This document shows, piece by piece, positions 56,852 to 64,000 of a DNA stretch of 64,000 nt. Below the pieces are notes generated by a model. That model was given only the letters and a program-made list of their open reading frames with translations. It was not told the origin of the DNA and did no database searches. The DNA is from Cystobasidiomycetes sp. EMM_F5 (Eukaryota). A program made the translations under genes and the position numbers. Numbering within the stretch: position 1 is the stretch's first letter; each line of letters begins with the position of its first letter. The stretch covers positions 124,001-188,000 of the forward strand of contig JBPGPT010000010.1 in NCBI GenBank assembly GCA_051047955.1, in the 5' to 3' direction.

Positions 56852-57264
56852 AGCCGAGAGATAGGGAGAAGTGAGAAGAGAGGAAAGTAGTGAGCGGAGA
56901 GTGCACGAGCTTGAGAAGATCGTGATCGAGCGTGGCTAGGGAGATACCCGCACGGAAGGTCTGTGCGCACTCAAGTAAATTCAGTGCAGGCATCTGACCA
57001 ATATTTGCCGATGGCGCTCCACACGTCTCAGTCACCTCTACTATGCTTAGCATGCGGACTCTTGCTTATGCTCGGAGCAATGTCAAGCGCGTGCGCAGTG
57101 TGATATTTGGCAAGGTATACGGGACATACAGTCCGAGAACGTCGCTTCCTGCCACTGCCATTGCACATTCACCGACAGTCCGCAAATGACTGCCAATCTT
57201 CAATGTTGTGCTCAGCGTACGAGCTTCTGAGTTGTTGTTGCAAAGAGCGTTTTCTCGGAGACTA

Positions 57265-58216
57265 CTATTCTTCGGTCGCCAGCTTTCTCCGTTCCTCCGC
57301 ACGTCCGATGGCGTCACCCGCATGTTTCGCATAGACAGGACATGCAGTCTTGTGATCTACGGTCCAATCGCGTGCTTGACATGCAGACGAGCAATAGAAT
57401 GCGACCTTACAGCTGTAAGTCGTCCATGGCGAGCGACGTCAGCCTGACTTACGGCAGAGGGAAGTAATCGAACTTGCCGTCCACACCGCTTCAGCTTTGC
57501 CGATTTCTTCAAACATCCACCACACAAGTCGCGCATGTCCGTAACCGGGTACGACTTGAACGTGTAGGTGGGGTGGCCCTGACGAACCTGCCGCTACGAG
57601 ATCAAAGTTAGGCTTAGATGAAAGTACATCAGAAACGGAGTTACAGTAAGCTTACTACAAAGTGGAAATGTGCAGCCACGAGTCTGCTTGCGAGCGGAAG
57701 GTCGGCGACGTGCTCCAGCAACATCTGGGCTGTATCGGACAAGGGAACCGATTGGGAAGTGCTCGCTTGCGGCTTCCGGCTGTCGCAAAGCCTCTCCAAC
57801 AGAGCCTCCAGCATTGGGCTGACGGCTGCTCTCTCACAATCATTGAGCGACTTCCAGCCGAACACCTCTTGGTAGTACCGTGCGATCACATAGTAGGCAC
57901 GGTGTACTTGAGCGTCCACTTTGTCGGGATAACAGCACAGAACAACATTGCGCATTGTAACAAGTGCAGCTTGTACCGAATCTTCTTTGTAGCGATCAAG
58001 TTTGCCTTTAGCAGACTGTATAAGATCGAAGGTTTCCTGATCCAGCTGAGCAGTTGGGTTTTGGGATGAATTCGCAGGTCCACCTACAGCAATGCAGCTC
58101 AGAAAATTGTGTTTGACATAATACGACAACGGACACGAACCTAGCCGGATTTCCAACTGGATGACTTCTTGATAGGCCAGCATTTCCTGCGCTGTTGCAT
58201 CAGGCTGATAGAACAT
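57265..58216 (-). CDS. Unknown-domain + MYND zinc-finger protein, tandem copy E
   Basis: MFYQPDA...HRAYYVIARYYQEVFGWKSLNDCERAAVSPMLEALL...CGGCLKKSAKLKRCGR/CKVAFYCSSACQARDWTVDHKTAC; last intron needs a GC donor (57413-57477). Confidence 0.82.
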
Positions 58217-58654
58217 GTTGCACGGTTGTCCGGCGACGGAGTGACAAGTAGAAAGGCAGCCTGACTGCTACATTTGCATGTCGAGCCACCAGAAGACCTC
58301 GATCGGGCCGTTGTGTCATGCCAGCGTTACGGAGGGTCTGTGCATCGACGATAACGAAAGATACGGAAGTCTTGCGAAATATCGCTCCTACATGCTGGTG
58401 TACATTCACGTCCGCTTCATATGCGACAGCTGAGTCATAAACCCACTGGTCTTGCAGCAGTTGGAGCGAGTGAAATGGGGATGGTCAACTTAACATTGCC
58501 ATAGGCGAATCTTCCGTAATCAGCTAGAAGAGGTCAGCTGGCTTTAAGCTGAGTACAGTTCACTGCTGATTAGCCTGAAGAATCAGCAGCGAGAAAACCC
58601 GGAAAGGGGCGTCTCGTGATCAGTCCGAGTGAGCGCTCCACAGCCTGATTTACA

Positions 58655-59593
58655 TTACGCCAACAGCTGCTGATGATCGCTGATCTCAAAACTCATGCTC
58701 TGAGTAGTCTTGAGATACATCTTCTGAATCTCTGCCATATTCTTCCGATTCGATGCCGTAGAAGCGATCTCGGCTTGCGTCCCCACGCCATTCGAGACGT
58801 TCAGAACTTCTTGCGTGAATTGCCGAACGTTGTCTCGTATCCGGTCGATGTCAAAATGCGCACGCGCGACGGGTACGCTGACGACTCCTCGAGCTGCTTC
58901 GGTTTTGCCTCCTCCCCGCTTCTTCAGAGCTGGCGCTTCCATTGCCTTCCAGTCCAACCCTCCCCGTGCATCCTTCAGAGCTTGTGCTATGTCATCTGTC
59001 ACTGTACCACGCTTAGCTGATGGCATCAAGCCTTTCGGCCCAAGTATCCGCGGTAACTGCGACCGCGAGATTGTAGAAAGCAGTTCCGGCGTGGATATAA
59101 TCTTGGTCGGAGATATGTTTGCAGATATCAACTATGGCGGTGGAAAGTCTTCAGCACGTAGTTACTGCGCATCGTTTATCCATGGGTAAAGAGTACCCAC
59201 CTCATCGATGAGTTCCTTGCCGCCGACGATATCGGCACCCTCTCGGCGGGCTTCGTCTGCCTTTTCTCCTTCTGCAAACACCAATATGACTTCCTTCTTC
59301 TTCGAATTACTCGCATCGTGTGTCAGGAAACACCTCCCTCTGAGCGAGTTGATATTCACGCTCGTCGCCAGTTTCGACACCAGAGTGAGCTCGTACGCCG
59401 AGAAAGCCTTGTCGGCAGAGAGCGCCTTCAGACACTTGACTGCTTCATCGAGAGAGACCACGTTGGGCCCGATGACTGGAGGCAATCGTTTCGCTTTCTT
59501 GCCAGCGGATTTTAGCCTGCCGGAGCTGCTGGAAGCGCATCGAATGAATGTATTTCGAGTGATTGGCAGAACAGACGTTGATGCGACTTGCAT
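58655..59593 (-). CDS. MRPL1: Mitochondrial ribosomal protein uL1m
   Basis: ILVFAEGEKADEARREGADIVGGKELIDEV, LPRILGPKGLMPSAKRGTVTDD; presequence-like N-terminus; 1 intron. Confidence 0.9.
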
Positions 59594-59728
59594 GATTGGA
59601 AGTGTGGTGTAGTCCAAGTCGTCGAAGGAGCAAATGTCTGGCGCAAGTGTTCGCAGGAGTGATCAATAATAATTTATGCCATTGCACGACGATGCAGTCT
59701 TGGAAGCTGCCAATAACCTGAAACAAGT

Positions 59729-60742
59729 ATGGACGCTGTTATTGCTCTACCGCCGATGCCCGTCGAGGCTGGTCCACCGGCCGATGCTGTGATGCAGGCC
59801 GTTTCAGCTCCAGCTGGCGAAGTATCCGCCGACCAAGATGCTGCTCCAGCTGTTCCGGAGCCTACGCCTGTCGAAACGCTCTACGTCAGCAATCTGAACG
59901 AGAAGATTACACTCAAAGTCATGAAGCAAACTCTGCGGAATCTCTTCCGCCAGTACGGCGTGGTGCTGGATGTGGTCGCTCATCGCAATATCCGGATGCG
60001 AGGGCAAGCTTTCATTGCAATGACAGACAGAAGCGCAGCTGCAAGAGCTGTGAAAGAAGTTAAAGGCTTCCCTCTGTACGGCAAGCCCATTAGTATCGCT
60101 TTCGCAAGGACACCTTCAGACGCAGTTGTCAAGCGAAAAACGCCAGCGCTTCTGGATGTGCATGTTCAAGAACGCAAGAAGACGAAGAGTGTGTATAGAA
60201 AGCTGGTTCGCATAAAGTCGTTGACAGTGGTTGCAATCCAGGAATCGCTAGGCGGAAGAATCCGTTACGGGCCAAGTCTGCAGCAGCAAAGTATGCAGCC
60301 AAAGTCGGTGAGTGCTCGTCTTGTATATCATTTATAATCTTGTTTGAAAAGATATCCTCCTATATCGCAGCTGCCGCATCAGGCGACGGCACAGGCGCAG
60401 CAGTCGCACCAAAACGCAACATTGTACAAATGCCCGACGAATACCTTCCGCCAAACAAGATTCTTTTCGTACAAAATCTACCCGACGCAACCACCAAAGA
60501 TCAACTCGAAGAGCTGTTCAAGACCTATCCCAATTTGCACGACATTCGAACTATTCCAGGCAGAAAAGGAATCGCTTTCGTGGAATTTGCAGACGAATCA
60601 TCTTCTACGACCGCACGCGAGGCTTTGCATAATTACAAGATTGACGATGATCACAAGATGAAGGTGAGACATGTATTGCTTGCAACATTTGTCACGGCAC
60701 GCTGACGCTCATTACTCGCAGGTCACGTTTGCAAAGCAATGA
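59729..60742 (+). CDS. U1A/U2B'' snRNP protein (two RRMs)
   Basis: TLYVSNLNEK...LDVVAHRNIRMRGQAF...GFPLYGKPISIAFART; second RRM QMPDEYLPPNKILFVQNLP...IAFVEF...MK/VTFAKQ*. Confidence 0.93.
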
Positions 60743-61207
60743 GAGCACTATGCCTATGCGAGAGCCCAAGAGATTGGCTTTGCCGGCTTCTGCTGCGAAA
60801 CGTGTTTCACGTCTTTCTGATGCAATGAAAGTCTCTACTCCGTTGTCGCTTTTGCGATCCTCACTGTACGAACGACCTGGCGCATCGGTCTCTGTTGCAA
60901 GGCATACCTAGAGGAACCAAGTCGTAAAAGCACTTCAGCAATAGCTTACTGAAGTTTAAGCAGCGTTGATAACAATCACGTGGGACCATCCTGAAGCCAC
61001 CGCGAACATTGTATTCCTTTTTATGTCCACGTTGAGGTGCCATGTATGCGCCCTTTTCACTGGAGACAGTACATGTTGTCCTATGTTTGTACAAATGAAT
61101 CGAAAAGACGGAAGTTTGAATGTCTGATGTTTGCTAGCTGTTTTGACCGACCTTGCGCATGTTTGAATTGACAACATGGTTTGGCTTTCTCATTCGTTCC
61201 GCACAAC

Positions 61208-62460
61208 ATGGCTCACAAGTATGATTTCCTAGCAATGGGCAACCCGTGAGCTTATACAAAAGTGCTTGCAAGTAGCTGTTGACATGGTTGATGCCACAGC
61301 CTGCTCGACATGCAAGTGTCGAATGGAGAGGAACTGCTCGAAAAGTACAATTTGAAGGCCAACGATGCCATTTTGGCTGAGGGCAAGCAGAAAGAAATGT
61401 AAGAAAGAGTTTATGTATGTGAAGTGCTCGCTGACATGTTTCTACACGCAGTTACAACGATCTCGAACAAAATTACAAATTAACATATGTCGCTGGAGGT
61501 GCTGCGCAGAACGCGGCCAGAGCTGCTCAGGTCAGTCTTTCAGCTCTCTCTGTACATCGATGTACAAAGCTGAGCGCTTGCACAGTACGTTCTGCCAGCC
61601 GACTCTACCGCGTACCTTGGTTGCGTAGGAAAGGATGCGTTAGCCGATCAGCTACGAGCAGCGAACGAGAAGGAGGGGCTTTATTCAGCATATCAAATCG
61701 ACGAGTCTGCGCCGACTGGTGCTTGCGCAGTCATCCTTACAGGCCTGCATCGCTCCTTATGCACAGAGCTAGGTGCTGCCGAGAAATTCAACAAGTCCCA
61801 TCTTGAAAAGCCAGAAATCAAGGAGCTCATCAGCAATGCCAAATTCTTCTATCTCGGAGGATTTTTCTTGACGCACGGCATCGAATCGGCAATGATCCTG
61901 GCGAAGCACGCTCATGACAATGGCAAGGTGTGCAAAAGATCTGTTATAACAGTGTGAACAGAAGTACTGACAATTGCGGTACTCTACAGACTTTCGCCAT
62001 GAACATCTCCGCACCCTTCATCGCCCAGTTCTTCAAGAGTCAGGTTGATCAGATTCTACCTTACGTGGATGTCCTCATCGGCAACGAATCTGAGGCCGAA
62101 GCCTACGCACAGTCTCACGAGTGGGGCACAACCGATTTGTCAGAGATCGCAAAGAAGCTTGCAGCCTCGCCCAAGGAGAACTCCGGCAAACCGCGGACGG
62201 TTGTCATCACACACGGTGCTGAATCTACTATCGTAGCGACCGGTAGCGGTTCACACAAAGTTTACGATGTCGAATCTATCCCCAATGACAAGATTGTCGA
62301 CACGAATGGTGCAGGCGATGCGTTTGCTGGTGGTTTCTGCGGTGCTATTGTCTCTGGCAAATCCGTCGACGAAGCAGTAGAAGCTGGCCATAAAATGGGC
62401 GCTATGTGTGTCGGGCAAGTAGGCCCTGCCTTCAAGTGGCCGAAGGTACAGATCCTGTAG
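61208..62460 (+). CDS. ADO1: Adenosine kinase (PfkB family)
   Basis: AMGNP/LLDM, VAGGAAQNAAR, PTGACAV, NISAPFI, LIGNESEA, IVDTNGAGDAFAGGF; 4 introns. Confidence 0.96.
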
Positions 62461-62640
62461 ATGCCTGCTCAGGATTTAAGGCGTCATCGCGATTAGTCGG
62501 CCAAAGCAGTAACATCTGTATCAATACTCATCAACTGAAATAGATTAGATTCTGCACTTCTTCCAATGAACAACAGACGAGCTCATCCTCGTGCCCAACA
62601 TGCTATCGGTATGACATTCATTGATAAGCTGACCAGAACT

Positions 62641-63211
62641 TCAATCTTCCGGAGTCAGGTCCAATCGCTTGTAGACGTCTATAATGCTGCAGAGGTGAGG
62701 CTTAATTATGACGATACCATTTCAAGGATGTATTATAGCTTGCGTCGTATTTTCAATGTCCGCAATCTGTGCGGGTATGTAAGTCAGCTTCGGTAATATT
62801 AACAAGCAAGATCCGTCCGAAGTTACGTACTTTGCCTATCATCACGCCGCACGCGTCCTGCAGAGCGATCGTCATCATGAAGTCATCAGAAAGCTATCTC
62901 TGTGTCCTACTTTTCGCTCGTTGTACTGAAGCGGCAGGTATCAGCTGCATTCTCCTCTCCCTCAACCTGCTTTGGAAAACGGCTCACCTCATTCAGAGCT
63001 TTGATGTGATCCTTCACTATCTTGTCCACATCCTGGCCGCGCAGCGCCTCTTCTAAGGCTTGTATTTCCTTTTGGACAGCGAGTAATCGCGTGTATCGTT
63101 GCTGATCAGCCTTTCAGTCGTGGTATGATCAGCAAGTCCAGGTTAGCAGTCCGGCTACGAGAACCAGAGGAACAGGCGAGCAAGCACCTTCCCAAGGGTC
63201 GAATTGCTCAT
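62641..63211 (-). CDS. SAE3: Swi5/Sae3-family recombination mediator, 6 short exons (missed by the ORF track)
   Basis: Spliced product MSNSTLGK/ADQQRYTRLLAVQKEIQALEEALRGQDVDKIVKDHIKALNE/YNERK/DACGVMIGK/IADIENTT/IIDVYKRLDLTPED* matches the HIxxLxEYNExKD...G.IA signature. Confidence 0.85.
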
Positions 63212-63470
63212 GTATTATTGGTTGCGGCCTGTTGGTGTGAGCGAAGCCGGATGTCAGCGAACTCTGAAAACGACTCCTCGGCCCGTAAGCGTCTGGGCAC
63301 AAAAGTATTCGCGTCATCGTAAAATTGACGTGTATACGTCGAACTATGCGAGAGGCTGTAAGTACTGAGCGTAAGATGAGCACGCTAGCTTCATGTTCAC
63401 GGCAAAAGGCATTGAAACTTCATATCGACAAAATTAAACACAAATACTTCGAGCCTTACTTCTACTTTTC

Positions 63471-64000
63471 TCAATCCCGATACATATCCTCCACGTCGCT
63501 GGCGCCATCTGCTTGGTGTCCTTGGCTTCTAGCATGCACCTTGTAATATTTGATCGCCCTCGCCATGTCTTGGAACAGTCTGTCGCGAGCGGGATCAGTG
63601 GACTGCGGAAACTTGTCCAACCAGCTATGAGAAGTTTTGAGTCCCTTCAGACACTCAGTTCGCTGTTGCAGTTGCTGAACATAGCCTTTGCTCGTCAGGG
63701 AAGAGTAGAAGATATCGGTCTCGATTTCGAGCGCAGTGTAGATGACCGCGTCTTGTCTGTGTAAATACATTCAGCCGAATCTTGAAAATTCTTCGCGAGT
63801 GACGCACCTTTTGCTCGTCCGATCCTCCGGCAGCTTCAGCCTTCGAAACAATTCATGCTCCTCTGAGTACGCTCTCATGCCAGAACTGGATAGGAAAATT
63901 TCCGACAGTAGTGAAGCAAGCTGTTTGATAGTATCTTTACGCAGGCTTCTGTCGATTGGCTTTGCGGATACTTCTGGTACGAGCTTGATTTTGAGATTAG
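63471..64000 (-). CDS. 3' end of a hypothetical protein running off the window
   Basis: Open frame from the window edge (NLKIKLVPEV...RTSK), one GT-AG intron, last exon QDAVIYTALEIETDIFYSSLTSKGY...MYRD*. Confidence 0.6.

Noticed and set aside
58575..58613. Hammerhead-like words CTGAAGA...GAAA...GTC
   Set aside because: Stems I and II cannot form and CTGAAGA sits in the loop of a different hairpin.
11457..59593. Several mitochondrial-function genes in one window (SerRS, AspAT, ACP, MRPL1)
   Set aside because: Scattered among unrelated genes with no shared pathway or adjacency; not a cluster.

Overview
Eukaryotic, intron-rich and very gene-dense fungal DNA. Introns are short (about 50-70 nt, GT-AG with CTRAC/CTAAT-type branch points) and intergenic gaps are often under 150 bp. 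It is most consistent with a compact basidiomycete yeast genome; Pucciniomycotina is my inference, not demonstrated. About 35 protein-coding genes were reconstructed by hand. Conserved genes include an Nvj2-like SMP/PH protein, an ABCC transporter, Rpn5, C1D/Rrp47, mitochondrial SerRS, NudCD1, an FHA kinase, a WOPR transcription factor, eIF3f, mitochondrial AspAT, a siderophore MFS transporter, TFIIF-alpha, ACP, AspRS, Ddi1, MRPL1, U1A/U2B'', adenosine kinase and Swi5/Sae3. An apparently lineage-specific minus-strand block (about 43.4-58.2 kb) holds a tandem pair of MARVEL-like proteins, orphan membrane genes, and a five-copy tandem array of genes encoding an unrecognised ~170-aa domain fused to a C-terminal MYND zinc finger; this array is the best candidate for an undescribed system. 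Other highlights are a plant-type LRR cell-surface protein, an FHA kinase with an 8-nt catalytic micro-exon and Asp at the activation-loop Thr position, a probably dual-targeted AspRS, and iron-GATA motifs in the promoter and first intron of the siderophore transporter. No rRNA, tRNA, CRISPR or transposon was recognised. Exon boundaries were inferred by eye and gene spans include introns.
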